Source: an uncultured Gammaproteobacteria bacterium (lineage in GTDB: Bacteria; Pseudomonadota; Gammaproteobacteria; JAKDMP01). From it: a stretch of 64,000 bases of DNA. The stretch lies in the NCBI GenBank assembly GCA_963843735.1, contig CAWJLN010000009.1:398574-462573 (forward strand). Direction: 5' to 3'. The translations under genes were made by a program, and so were the position numbers. Every line of letters begins with the position of its first letter. The first letter of the stretch is position 1. A model generated the notes under the pieces. The model was not told the DNA's origin and did not search any database. It saw nothing but the letters and a program-made list of their open reading frames with translations. This document shows positions 47,917 through 57,856 of this stretch, piece by piece.

Positions 47917-49470
47917 GTGACCAGATTATCTTTGCAAACCGCGGCCGCCATGCTGGCGCTGATCGCGGTACCCGCGCTTGCCGCCGAGGGCGGGCATCAT
48001 CAGAGCATGAGCAATGCCGGCGCCGCTGCGAAACCGCCCCAGTCGCAGCAATCCGTGACCCAGGGTTCGGTGAGCGTCGAGGGCCATCGCATCGGCTATC
48101 AGGCGATTGCCGGCGTCATGGTCCTTAAAAACGACGAGGGGAAACCGTACACCAGCATGTCCTATGTCGCTTACATCAAGAACGGAGGCGACAAGACCAA
48201 TCGCCCGATCACCTTCTTCTACAACGGCGGGCCGGGCTCCTCCACGGTGTGGCTGCACATGCTGGCCTTCGGACCGCAGTTGGTCAAGGTGGGGAGCGGC
48301 ACACTGACGCCGCCGGCGCCCTACCGGATGGTGAACAACGACTACAGTCTGCTCGATGCCACCGACGAGGTATTCATCGATGCACCCGGCACCGGTTTCG
48401 GCCGCGTGCTCGGCAAGGATCAGGGCGGCGCGGGCAAGCCCGGCGACGTTTTCGGTCTCGATCCCGATGCCGATGCCTTTACGCTTTTCATCACGCAGTT
48501 CCTGACGCAGAACAACCGCTGGGCCTCGCCCAAATTCCTGTTCGGCGAGAGCTACGGCACCACGCGCTCGGCGGTGCTCGCAGGCGATCTGGCGCAGAAG
48601 GATGTGGGGCTTAACGGGATCGTGCTGTTGTCCTCGATACTCAATTTCGATCTCAGCGTGGATGGCCCGCAGCGCAATCCCGGCGTGAACATTTCCTATG
48701 CGACGGGCCTGCCGAGCTATGCCGCAACGGCTTGGTATCACCACAAGCTGGCGAATCCGTCCAATGATCTGCCGGCCTTCCTGAAACAGGTCGAGCATTT
48801 CGCGATGACCGACTATCTTTCCGCACTCAACCAGGGTGACCAGCTCGATGCCGCGACCAAGCAGCAGGTTGCCGAGCAGATGCACGAGTACACGGGTCTG
48901 CCGACAGCCTACATTCTCAAGGCGAACCTCAAGATAACCGGCGGTCAGTTTGCGCACGAGCTGTTGGGCGAGAACGACGACGTTACCGGTCGTCTGGATT
49001 CGCGCTACAGCGGACCTGCCATGAATCCCATGGCCGAACGCAGTTATTACGATCCGCTGGATTCGGCGATCGATGCGCCGACCGTGTCCATGTTCAACAC
49101 CTATGTGCGCAACACGCTCAAGTTCGGCAAGGACATGACGTATCGTCCGACGGTTTACGGCTCGATGCACTGGAGCTGGAAGCACAACGGCCGTTCGGGC
49201 ACGCCGAACGTGATGAACGACCTGGCTGAGGCGATGAAGTACAACCCGAACATGAAAATCATGCTCGCGGGCGGTTACTTCGATCTCGGCACGCCGTTTT
49301 ATTCTGCAGAGTTCGAAATGCATCAACTGCCGATCCCGGCGAGCCTGCAGCAGAACATCAGCTACGCCTTCTTCCCCTCCGGGCACATGGTGTATCTGAA
49401 TCCCGCTTCGCACAAGGGACTGCACGACGCGGCGGCGAAGTTCATCGAAGCCAACTACAAGACGCAATAG
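47917..49470 (+). CDS. Secreted S10 serine carboxypeptidase (paralog 2)
   Basis: RBS AGGAG, GTG 47917; signal peptide; NGGPGSS, GESYG, GHMVY. Confidence 0.92.
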   Translation: MTRLSLQTAAAMLALIAVPALAAEGGHHQSMSNAGAAAKPPQSQQSVTQGSVSVEGHRIGYQAIAGVMVLKNDEGKPYTSMSYVAYIKNGGDKTNRPITFFYNGGPGSSTVWLHMLAFGPQLVKVGSGTLTPPAPYRMVNNDYSLLDATDEVFIDAPGTGFGRVLGKDQGGAGKPGDVFGLDPDADAFTLFITQFLTQNNRWASPKFLFGESYGTTRSAVLAGDLAQKDVGLNGIVLLSSILNFDLSVDGPQRNPGVNISYATGLPSYAATAWYHHKLANPSNDLPAFLKQVEHFAMTDYLSALNQGDQLDAATKQQVAEQMHEYTGLPTAYILKANLKITGGQFAHELLGENDDVTGRLDSRYSGPAMNPMAERSYYDPLDSAIDAPTVSMFNTYVRNTLKFGKDMTYRPTVYGSMHWSWKHNGRSGTPNVMNDLAEAMKYNPNMKIMLAGGYFDLGTPFYSAEFEMHQLPIPASLQQNISYAFFPSGHMVYLNPASHKGLHDAAAKFIEANYKTQ

Positions 49471-49540
49471 GCCGGCGTTCCGGCCTGCTTCGGGAGGGGC
49501 CCTTCGGCCCATCGTTTGTCCGGGCCGGCGCACATGGGGC

Positions 49541-49577
49541 TTGACAGGTACTTTCGTGTTTTAGTACAGTAAAACAC
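49541..49577 (+). promoter_or_regulatory. Sigma70 promoter TTGACA-18-TACAGT with palindromic operator GTGTTTTA-N6-TAAAACAC over the -10
   Basis: Read directly from sequence: -35 at 49541-49546, -10 at 49565-49570, perfect 8-bp IR at 49556-49577. Confidence 0.65.
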
Positions 49578-49713
49578 AGTACGGCGATTGTTCCCGGCTT
49601 TTCGGGGCTCGACGCACTTTCAGCCTCGGCCGATGTCCGGATTTGCCCCGGGCCCACCGAGTCCATGTTTTCCGGCGCCGGCATTTCGGCCCGGCGTTAT
49701 CAGGAGATTAGAC

Positions 49714-51294
49714 GTGAAAAGACTATCCGTTTACACGGCGGGCCTGGTGCTCGTCCTTTTTGCCGTGCCGGCCCTGGCGGCGGGTCACGGCAAGCCGCCA
49801 GCCGGCGGCGCACAGGCCCAGGCTTCGGCGGCCGGTGCAGCCGTTCCGCAGCAATCGGTCACCCAGGGTTCGGTGACGGTGGAAGGCAAGCGCATCGGCT
49901 ATCAGGCCGTTGCCGGCACGCTGATTCTGAAAAACAAGGGTCAAAAGCCGATTACCAGCATGTCCTATGTAGCTTATTTCAAGAGCGGCGTGAAGGATCC
50001 CACCAGCCGACCGATCACTTTTTTCTACAACGGCGGTCCGGGCTCCTCCACGGTGTGGCTGCACATGCTCGCCTTCGGACCGCAGCTGGTCAAGGTGGGG
50101 AGCGGCACGCTGACGCCGCCGGCACCCTATCAGATGGTGAACAACGACTACAGTCTGCTCGATGCCACCGACGAGGTGTTCATTGATGCACCCGGCACCG
50201 GCTTCGGCCGCGTGCTCGGCAAGGACGAGGGCGGCGCAGGCTCGCCCAAGGACGTGTTCGGCATTGACGAGGATGCGCACGCCTTCTCTCAGTTCATCAC
50301 CCAGTTCCTGACCAAGAACAACCGCTGGAACTCGCCCAAGTTCCTGTTCGGCGAGAGCTACGGCACCACGCGCTCGGCGGTGCTCGCGAACATCCTCGAG
50401 ACCGACGACAATGTCGGTCTGAACGGCGTGATCCTGTTGTCCTCGATCCTCAACTGGAACATCAGTGTGGATTTCCCGCAGATCGATCCCGGCATCAACA
50501 TTTCCTACGTGCTGGGCCTGCCGAGTTATGCCGCAACCGCCTGGTATCACAACAAAATTCCGAACCAGCCGAAAGATCTGAACACGTTTCTGACGCAGGT
50601 CGAGCAGTTTGCGACCACCGATTACGCGCAGGCGCTCATGCAGGGTGACCAGCTCGATGCCGCGACCAAACAGCAGGTTGCCGAGAAGCTGCACCAGTAC
50701 ACGGGCTTGCCGACGGCCTACATTCTCAAGGCCAATCTGCGCGTTTCCGGCGGCGAGTTCGCGCACGAACTGCTCGGCGACGACGACATGATCACCGGAC
50801 GGCTCGATTCGCGCTACAGCGGCCCGACCATGGATCCGCTGGGCGAGGAGGCCAACTACGATCCGCTGAATTCGTCGATCAGCGCGCCGACTGTATCCAT
50901 GTTCAATTCCTACGTGCGCAATACGCTCAAGTTCGGCCAGGACATGACCTACAAGCCCGGGATCAACGTGTTTCCGTTCTGGGACTTCAAGCACCAGCCG
51001 CCGGGCGCACCCTTCGCGTTGCCATTCACGCCGAACGTCATGCCCGATCTCGCGGCGGCAATGAAGTACGATCCCAATCTCAAGATCATGCTCGCGGGCG
51101 GGTATTTCGATCTCGGCACGCCGTTCTATGCCGCCGAGTACGAGATGCACCAGCTCACGATCCCGCCGAGCTTGCAGAAGAACATCAGCTACGACTTCTT
51201 CCCCTCCGGGCACATGGTGTATCTGAACCCCGCTTCGCACAAGGGGCTGCACGATGCCGCGGCGAAGTTCATCGAGTCCAATTACAAGCATTGA
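49714..51294 (+). CDS. Secreted S10 serine carboxypeptidase (paralog 3)
   Basis: RBS AGGAG, GTG 49714; same catalytic motifs; closely similar to paralog 2. Confidence 0.92.
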   Translation: MKRLSVYTAGLVLVLFAVPALAAGHGKPPAGGAQAQASAAGAAVPQQSVTQGSVTVEGKRIGYQAVAGTLILKNKGQKPITSMSYVAYFKSGVKDPTSRPITFFYNGGPGSSTVWLHMLAFGPQLVKVGSGTLTPPAPYQMVNNDYSLLDATDEVFIDAPGTGFGRVLGKDEGGAGSPKDVFGIDEDAHAFSQFITQFLTKNNRWNSPKFLFGESYGTTRSAVLANILETDDNVGLNGVILLSSILNWNISVDFPQIDPGINISYVLGLPSYAATAWYHNKIPNQPKDLNTFLTQVEQFATTDYAQALMQGDQLDAATKQQVAEKLHQYTGLPTAYILKANLRVSGGEFAHELLGDDDMITGRLDSRYSGPTMDPLGEEANYDPLNSSISAPTVSMFNSYVRNTLKFGQDMTYKPGINVFPFWDFKHQPPGAPFALPFTPNVMPDLAAAMKYDPNLKIMLAGGYFDLGTPFYAAEYEMHQLTIPPSLQKNISYDFFPSGHMVYLNPASHKGLHDAAAKFIESNYKH

Positions 51295-51317
51295 TGCTTG
51301 CTTCGAACAGCAATATG

Positions 51318-51343
51318 GAGGCCCCGCAAGGGGCCTCTTTTTT
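51318..51343 (+). terminator. Rho-independent terminator after S10 paralog 3
   Basis: GAGGCCCC-GCAA-GGGGCCTC followed by TTTTTT. Confidence 0.9.
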
Positions 51344-51395
51344 GCAGCTTTTCCGATGGTATTACACTACGTATGCATAAACAGCGAGGACACTT

Positions 51396-52584
51396 GTGGT
51401 CACGATCGGAACGCCGCTGACGCCGGGCGCGACGCGTGTGCTTCTGCTCGGCGCGGGCGAACTCGGCAAGGAAGTCGTGATCGAAGCTGCAACGCTTCGG
51501 CGTGGAAGTGATCGCGGTGGACCGCTATGCCGATGCGCCCGCGATGCAGGTTGCGCACCGCAGCCATGTGATAGCCATGCTCGACGGCGCGGCCCTGCGC
51601 GCCGTGTCATCGAAATGGAGAAACCCGCACTCATCGTCCCCGAGATCGAGGCGATTGCACCGACGAGCTGGTGAAGCTGGAAGCGGAAGGTATACCGTGA
51701 TCCCCACCGCGCGCGCCGCGCGCCTGACCATGGACCGCGAAGGAATCCGCCGTCTGGCCGCCGAGGAGCTGGGCTGCAGGACTCGCCGTACCGCTTTGCG
51801 GCAACCCGAGCGGAATATCGACGCGGCGCCGTCGCGCGAATCGGCCTGCCCTGCGTGGTGAAGCCGGTGATGAGTTCATCCGGCAAGGGCCAGAGCACGT
51901 GTCGAGACGGACGACGAGATCGGCCCCGCCTGGCGATACGCGCAGGCAGGCGGGCGCACGGCGACCGGGGCGCGTGATCGTCGAGGGCTTCGTGGATTTC
52001 GACTACGAAATCACGCTAGCTGACGGTGCGCCACGCCGGCGGCACCAGCTTCTGCGAGCCGATCGGTCACCGTCCAGGAGCACGGCGATTACCGCGAGTC
52101 CTGGCAACCGCATCCGATGAGCGACAAGGCGCACGCGCGGGCGAAGCGAAATGGCGCGTGCGCTTACCGACGATCTCGGCGGACGCGGTGTTTTCGGCGT
52201 GGAGTTTTTTGTCAAAGGCGACGAGGTATGGTTCAGTGAGGTCTCGCCGCGCCCGCACGATACCGGCCTGGTTACGCTGGTGTCGCAGGATCTCTCCGAG
52301 TTCGCGCTGCACGTGCGCGCCATGCTCGGGCTCCCGTTCCCGCGATCTGCCAACTTGGCCCGGCGGCCTCCTGCGCGCTGCTCGTCGAAGGTGAGTCGCG
52401 GGCGGTAAGTTTCGCCGGGCTCGATGCCGCGCTCGCGCGCCCGGACACGACGCTCAGACTGTTCGGAAAACCCGAAGTAAGCGGCCGGCGCCGCATGGGA
52501 GTGGGGCTTGCGCGTGCGCGGACGCTTGCGCAGGCGCGTGCAAACGCACGCGAAGTAGTTGCCGCGATTGGCGTTTCGCTCTGA
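51396..52584 (+). pseudogene. purT: Formate-dependent GAR transformylase, broken by many single-base indels (real or consensus error)
   Basis: [77 protein letters not shown] spread across all three frames. Confidence 0.9.
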
Positions 52585-52745
52585 TGCCGCAATGGCCGCC
52601 CACTCCGGTGAGGGTCCGCTCTGGTAGGATTGCGCCTTGGCGGGTTGACGAAAAATGCATGGACAAGTATTTCCGCGATGATCTTTCCGTTTCGTCCGTC
52701 GCGCACGGGCTGACGGTAGCGCGGCCGGCGTAGTTCGGGGCGCGC

Positions 52746-53384
52746 ATGGGAGGGATTGCAGCACATATCACGCCATACCTCCAGCAGTACGGCTATCCGA
52801 TCCTGTTCGTCGTCATACTGGTGGAGAGCTTCGGCATTCCGGCGCCGGGCCAGACGCTGCTCATCACCGCGGCGCTGTTTGCCGCGACCGGCCGTCTTCA
52901 TCTGGGGCTGGTGCTTGTTACCGCATTTTCCGCGGCCATCATTGGCGACAGCATCGGCTATATGCTCGGGCATCGCGGCGGCCGGCGCCTGCTCTTGCGC
53001 TACGGCGGTTGGGTTGGGCTCAACCGCCACCGCTTCCGCCGCCTGAACACGCACTTCGGCCGCTACGGCGGATGGTTTGTCACCTTCGCCCGCTTTTTCG
53101 ACGTGCTGCGCCAGATCAACGGCGTTCTCGCCGGCACCGTGGAAATGCCCTTTTACCGCTTCCTGGTGTTCAATTCGTTTGGCGCGGCCTTGTGGGTATC
53201 GGTGTGGGGTTTCGGCGCCTATTACCTCGGCCGCGGTCTGGATCAATGGGTCGGCATGTTCGATACCATCGCCGCTTGGCTCCTGCTTGCGGTGCTTGCC
53301 GGCGGGGTTCTGCTTTTCCTTACTTGGCTCACGCGCTTTTTATGGCGACGCTACCGTCAGGCGCGGGCCAACCAAAACCCGTAG
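52746..53384 (+). CDS. DedA family membrane protein
   Basis: ESFGIPAPG, IGDSIGY.LG, FARF motifs. Confidence 0.92.
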   Translation: MGGIAAHITPYLQQYGYPILFVVILVESFGIPAPGQTLLITAALFAATGRLHLGLVLVTAFSAAIIGDSIGYMLGHRGGRRLLLRYGGWVGLNRHRFRRLNTHFGRYGGWFVTFARFFDVLRQINGVLAGTVEMPFYRFLVFNSFGAALWVSVWGFGAYYLGRGLDQWVGMFDTIAAWLLLAVLAGGVLLFLTWLTRFLWRRYRQARANQNP

Positions 53385-53399
53385 GAGCGAGCTTGCTCC
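53381..53399 (+). repeat. GTAG-class REP (singleton) overlapping the dedA stop codon
   Basis: GTAGGAGCGAGCTTGCTCC. Confidence 0.7.
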
Positions 53400-53417
53400 T
53401 GCCCGTGATGCAAAGGG

Positions 53418-54827
53418 TCAGATTTTGGAAGGCAGCGGGTGCGGGCCTACCATTTTCGTCGCATCCACAATGCGGTCGAACTCTTCCTCGCTGATATAGC
53501 CAAGCGCGAGCGCCGCATCGCGCAAGGTTATTTCCTCGTGCATTGCGTGATGCGCGATTTCCGAGGCCTTGTCGTAGCCGATCTCGGGCGCAAGCGCGGT
53601 GACGAGCATCAGGGAACGCTCCACGTATTCGCGGATCTTTCTTTTATTGGGCTGTGTACCCTCAATCAGGAACTCGCGGAAATTCGTGCAGCCGTCGGCG
53701 AGCAGCGTAAGCGATTGCATGAGATTGTGGATCATGAGTGGTTTATAGACGTTCATTTCCAGCAGTCCGCCGGCGCCACCGAAACCGACCGCGACATCGT
53801 TCGCCATTACCTGCACGGCAAGCATCGTGAGCGCCTCGGTCTGCGTGGGATTCACCTTGCCCGGCATGATCGAGGAACCGGGTTCGTTCTCAGGGATCAA
53901 GAGTTCGTGGAAGCCCGCGCGCGGGCCGCAGGAGAGCAGCCGGATGTCGTTCGCGATCTTGTAGAGCGAGACGGCAAGCGTGCGCAGCGTGCCCGAGAAT
54001 TGCACCAGCGCGTCGTGCGAACCCTGCACGGCGAATTTGTTGGGCGCGGTGACAAAAGGCAGGCCGGTGAGTTTCTCGATTTCCGCCGCCGCCTTCTCGG
54101 CAAATCCCGCCGGCGCATTGATGCCGGTGCCGACCGCCGTGCCGCCGAGTGCGAGCCCGTACACGTCGCCGAGGGCCCGTTCAAGGCGAGCGGCATCTTC
54201 GGCGAGCATGGCGGCGTAGCCCGACCATTCCTGGCCGAGCGTAAGCGGCGTCGCGTCCTGCATGTGCGTGCGTCCGATCTTGACGATGTCGCGCCATTCT
54301 TCGGCTTTTTTCGCGATCGCGCCATGGAGCGCGGTCAAAGCGGGAATCAGTCTTTTCCGCGCACTTATGGCAACGGCTATGTACATCGCAGCCGGAAACG
54401 TGTCGTTAGAGGATTGCGACATGTTCACGTGATCGTTCGGATGCACGGGTTTCTTCGAGCCGAGCGGTGTGCCCGCGAGCTGGCAGCAGCGGTTGGAGAT
54501 GACCTCGTTCACGTTCATGTTGAACTGCGTGCCGCTGCCCGTCATCCACACGTGCAGCGGGAACATGTCGCGGTGATCGCCGGCGAGGATTTCGTCGCAG
54601 GCCTTGACGATCAGCGCGTGGCGCTCACCGTCGAGATGGCCGTCGGCGTGGTTGGCGATGGCCGCCGCCTTCTTGAGTACGGCGTAGGCGCCGATCATCT
54701 CCGGCGGCATCAGGTCGCGGCCGATGCTGAAATAGCGCAGCGAGCGCTGGGTCTGCGCGCCCCAGAGTTTGTCCGCGGGGACCTCGATCTTGCCCAGGCT
54801 GTCCGTCTCTTCCCTGAATCCCGTCAT
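53418..54827 (-). CDS. fumC: Class II fumarate hydratase
   Basis: [51 protein letters not shown]. Confidence 0.96.
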   Translation of the reverse strand: MTGFREETDSLGKIEVPADKLWGAQTQRSLRYFSIGRDLMPPEMIGAYAVLKKAAAIANHADGHLDGERHALIVKACDEILAGDHRDMFPLHVWMTGSGTQFNMNVNEVISNRCCQLAGTPLGSKKPVHPNDHVNMSQSSNDTFPAAMYIAVAISARKRLIPALTALHGAIAKKAEEWRDIVKIGRTHMQDATPLTLGQEWSGYAAMLAEDAARLERALGDVYGLALGGTAVGTGINAPAGFAEKAAAEIEKLTGLPFVTAPNKFAVQGSHDALVQFSGTLRTLAVSLYKIANDIRLLSCGPRAGFHELLIPENEPGSSIMPGKVNPTQTEALTMLAVQVMANDVAVGFGGAGGLLEMNVYKPLMIHNLMQSLTLLADGCTNFREFLIEGTQPNKRKIREYVERSLMLVTALAPEIGYDKASEIAHHAMHEEITLRDAALALGYISEEEFDRIVDATKMVGPHPLPSKI

Positions 54828-54873
54828 GGTTCTGCTCCCAAGCCGTCATTTTCGTGCCCGCTGATTTTAACGG

Positions 54874-54896
54874 GTAGGAGCGAGCTTGCTCGCGAT
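54874..54896 (+). repeat. GTAG-class REP (singleton)
   Basis: GTAGGAGCGAGCTTGCTCGCGAT between fumC and the sensor kinase. Confidence 0.75.
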
Positions 54897-54905
54897 AAAT
54901 GCTTT

Positions 54906-56249
54906 TCAGCGCGGGAGGGTGAAGGTGGCTTCGAGCCCGCCGCCGGGGCGATTCGCGAGCCGGATCGTGCCGCCGTGCGTCTCGGCCACGTCGCGCACGA
55001 TCGCGAGGCCGAGTCCCGTGCCGCCGGTCGCGCGGTTGCGCGAACTCTCCGTGCGGTAGAAAGGCTCGAATACGCGTTCCAGTTCGGTCTCGGGAAGCCC
55101 CGGGCCGCGGTCGGCGACGCGAATCGTAAGTGCGCCGGCTTGTTCGGCGACGGTGATTTCCGCGCCACCACCGTAGCGTAGCGCGTTCTGCACCAGATTC
55201 TCGACAGCGCGGCGCAGCGCACGGGGCCGCGACGGATACGGCGCGGCGGCACGCCCGGAGAGGCTCACTGATTGGCCGAGCGCCTGGGCGTCGGCAGCCA
55301 TGCTTTCCAGCAGTGCGTTCACGTCGAGCGGCTGCACCTGTTCGCGCTCGGACTCGCCGCGCATGTAGGCGAGGGTTGCCGTAAGCATGGCGTCCATTTC
55401 ATCCAGGTCGCGGTTGATGTCTTCGCGCAGTGCTTCGTCTTCCAGCATTTCCGCGCGCAGGCGCAGGCGCGTCACCGGCGTTTTCAGATCGTGCGAGGTA
55501 GCGGTGAGCAGACGCAACCGGCTGTCGAGAAAGCGCAGAAGCCGCTGCTGCATACGGTTGAAGGCGGCGGCCGCGCGGCGAACCTCGGTCGTCCCCGTTT
55601 CCTTGAGCGGCGGATGGCGGATGTCGCGCCCGAGCGAGTCTGCCGCCTTGGCGAGCATGGAAAGTGGTCGGGTGACGCGGCCGATGGCGAGCAGCGAGAA
55701 CAGGATGATGATGACGAGCAGCACGGCGAATTCCACCAACAGTGCATGCGGCCAGGGCGGCGGAGCTTCATGGCGGCGATCCGTGAAGCGCAGCCAGTTC
55801 CCGTCGTGCAGGCGCACCGCGATCATGTGGCGTTGTGGCGGGTGCTTGCCGGAGGGGGCGTGCGGATGCGAGGCGGGTCCGAGCGGCGCGAAGCGTACCG
55901 GATAGCTCGGACCAAGGCTGGTGCGCAGCGCTTCCGCAAACGGCGCCGCGGCGCGCGGGGCTCGTTTCACGGGAGGTGGCGTGCCGATGTCCAGACGCCA
56001 GTGCCGGGTTCCCAATACGTGCGTAATGGTGTGCTGATCTTTCGATGCGAGTTTATCGAGCAGTTGCACCGTGGTTGCAATGTGTTCGACGCCGCGGCGC
56101 ATCGAGGCGTGTTCCATGAGGTGACTGCGTTCGTGCAGGTTGATAATCGCCGCCGCTGCCAGCGCGACCGCGAGCCCGACAATCAGGATCAGCACCAGGC
56201 GGCCGAAGAGCGATCGCGGCGGCAGACCGCGCGAGGGCGTGTCTCTCAT
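54906..56249 (-). CDS. Sensor histidine kinase (HAMP-HisKA-HATPase)
   Basis: Two TM helices; TSHDLKTP (H-box), NLVQNALRY, DRGPG, GGTGLGL. Confidence 0.95.
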   Translation of the reverse strand: MRDTPSRGLPPRSLFGRLVLILIVGLAVALAAAAIINLHERSHLMEHASMRRGVEHIATTVQLLDKLASKDQHTITHVLGTRHWRLDIGTPPPVKRAPRAAAPFAEALRTSLGPSYPVRFAPLGPASHPHAPSGKHPPQRHMIAVRLHDGNWLRFTDRRHEAPPPWPHALLVEFAVLLVIIILFSLLAIGRVTRPLSMLAKAADSLGRDIRHPPLKETGTTEVRRAAAAFNRMQQRLLRFLDSRLRLLTATSHDLKTPVTRLRLRAEMLEDEALREDINRDLDEMDAMLTATLAYMRGESEREQVQPLDVNALLESMAADAQALGQSVSLSGRAAAPYPSRPRALRRAVENLVQNALRYGGGAEITVAEQAGALTIRVADRGPGLPETELERVFEPFYRTESSRNRATGGTGLGLAIVRDVAETHGGTIRLANRPGGGLEATFTLPR

Positions 56250-56968
56250 GCCCGCTCCACCTGAACGGCGAACAGATAGCCTTCGCTGCGCACTGTCTTG
56301 ATGAGCGCGGGTTCGCGCGCATCGTCGCGCAGCTTCTGGCGCAGGCGGCTCACCTGCACGTCCACGCTGCGGTCGAAGGGTGTCGCGTCGCGTCCGCGAG
56401 TGAGATCGAGCAGTTGATCGCGGTTGAGCGTTACCTGCGGATGTTCGAGGAGCACGATGAGCAAACGTCGCTCGGCACTGCTGAGCGGCACCACGACGCC
56501 GTCGGGAGCGATGAGCTCGTGGGTCGCGGGATCGAGCCGCCAGCCGGCGAAGCGGTATTCGGCGCCGCCGTCGGCGGCGCGCAGGTTGGGCGGCAGCGCG
56601 CGCGTGCGGCGCAGCACGCCCTTGATGCGCGCGAGCAGTTCGCGCGGATTGAAGGGTTTGGCGAGATAGTCATCGGCGCCTAGTTCGAGGCCGATCACCC
56701 GATCAGTTTCGTCGCCGCGGGCGGTAAGCATGATGACGGGTGTATCGCGTTCGGCGCGCAGCTGGCGGCACAGCTCCAGCCCGTCGGTGCCGGGCAACAT
56801 GAGATCGAGCACGATCAGGTCGGGCGCCGAAACCTTGAGCGACTGCTGCATTTCGCGTCCGCCCCCCGCGGTGGAAACCCGGTAGCCATTGCGCGCGAGA
56901 TAGTCGCCGAGCAGGCGGCGGATTTCGCTGTCGTCATCCACGACGAGAATGTGGTCGCCATCGTTCAT
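56246..56968 (-). CDS. OmpR family response regulator
   Basis: ILVVDDD, VLDLMLPG, GADDYLAKPF, RSVDVQVSRLRQKL, TVRSEGY. Confidence 0.96.
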   Translation of the reverse strand: MNDGDHILVVDDDSEIRRLLGDYLARNGYRVSTAGGGREMQQSLKVSAPDLIVLDLMLPGTDGLELCRQLRAERDTPVIMLTARGDETDRVIGLELGADDYLAKPFNPRELLARIKGVLRRTRALPPNLRAADGGAEYRFAGWRLDPATHELIAPDGVVVPLSSAERRLLIVLLEHPQVTLNRDQLLDLTRGRDATPFDRSVDVQVSRLRQKLRDDAREPALIKTVRSEGYLFAVQVERA

Positions 56969-57154
56969 GGAGTGAATTTATACGCTAACCGCACGGCAAT
57001 TGCACGCCGGATTTGTAACATAATGTTTCCCGCTCGCGTCCGTAACCGTTCCCCTACAAAAACACCGCTTTTCGACACACGGCGCTTACATCCGTTTGTT
57101 TCAATAGATCGCGACGGAAAACCGTCTTTCTCCACTTTCACAGAGGTAAGGACC

Positions 57155-57685
57155 ATGAACAAACCCATTATGACAAGCATTGTGGCACTCGCGCTCCTGG
57201 GAGCCGGCACCGCGTTTGCACAGACTACACCGACGGCCCCGGCGCCGACCACGAAAGCCGGCTGGCATGGCAAGTATCACAAGAGCATGGCGGACCGTTT
57301 CGCGACGTTCAAGAGCCAGCTCAAGATCACGGCGTCACAGGAGCCCGCCTGGAACCGCTTCACGACGGCGATTCAGGACATGCGTCCGGCGAAGCCGCCG
57401 CGCATGATGTCGAAGAAGGCGGGCGGTCTCACTCCGGCGCCCGAGGTTTTTGACACGATGGCGAAGATGGCGCAGCAGCGTGCCCAGAAGGCACAGGCCC
57501 TGGCACAGGCCGTGAGCAATCTTTACAAGGGGCTCTCCACCACGCAGCGGGCGGTCTTCGACACACATCTGGCCGACATGCATCACAAGATGAAACGCCA
57601 CTGGCAGCATCGTCGCGGCGGACACAAGGGGGCGCATATGGCGCCGATGTCCGCGCCGCAGCCCGGAACCGGCGGCAACGGTTGA
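57155..57685 (+). CDS. Periplasmic Spy/CpxP-like (LTXXQ) protein
   Basis: ATG 57155, signal peptide ending AFAQ; LKITASQEPAW and LSTTQRAVFD repeats; Met/His-rich; divergent from the two-component system. Confidence 0.8.
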   Translation: MNKPIMTSIVALALLGAGTAFAQTTPTAPAPTTKAGWHGKYHKSMADRFATFKSQLKITASQEPAWNRFTTAIQDMRPAKPPRMMSKKAGGLTPAPEVFDTMAKMAQQRAQKAQALAQAVSNLYKGLSTTQRAVFDTHLADMHHKMKRHWQHRRGGHKGAHMAPMSAPQPGTGGNG

Positions 57686-57767
57686 TTCCGTGCGGTGGAC
57701 TCCCGGCCGATTCGCGGCCGGGAGTCACTGCCTGCATGCTTCATTCAGGCGTTGATTTGGCACGGGG

Positions 57768-57830
57768 GTAGGAGCGAGCTCGCTCCCGATGGATTGGTGA
57801 ACGAAGAATCGCGAGCAAGCTCGCTCCTAC
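57768..57830. repeat. REP doublet in inverted orientation (REPIN-like)
   Basis: GTAGGAGCGAGCTCGCTCCCGAT ... ATCGCGAGCAAGCTCGCTCCTAC. Confidence 0.8.
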
Positions 57831-57856
57831 TTTGTTTTTATATGGTGTGAAGCCCT

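Noticed and set aside
51396-52584. Programmed frameshifting in purT
   Set aside because: Too many shifts in both directions, with no slippery sites
56990-57110. Response-regulator binding boxes (TGTAAC/TTACA-like) in the divergent promoter
   Set aside because: The repeats are too degenerate to call without a matrix search
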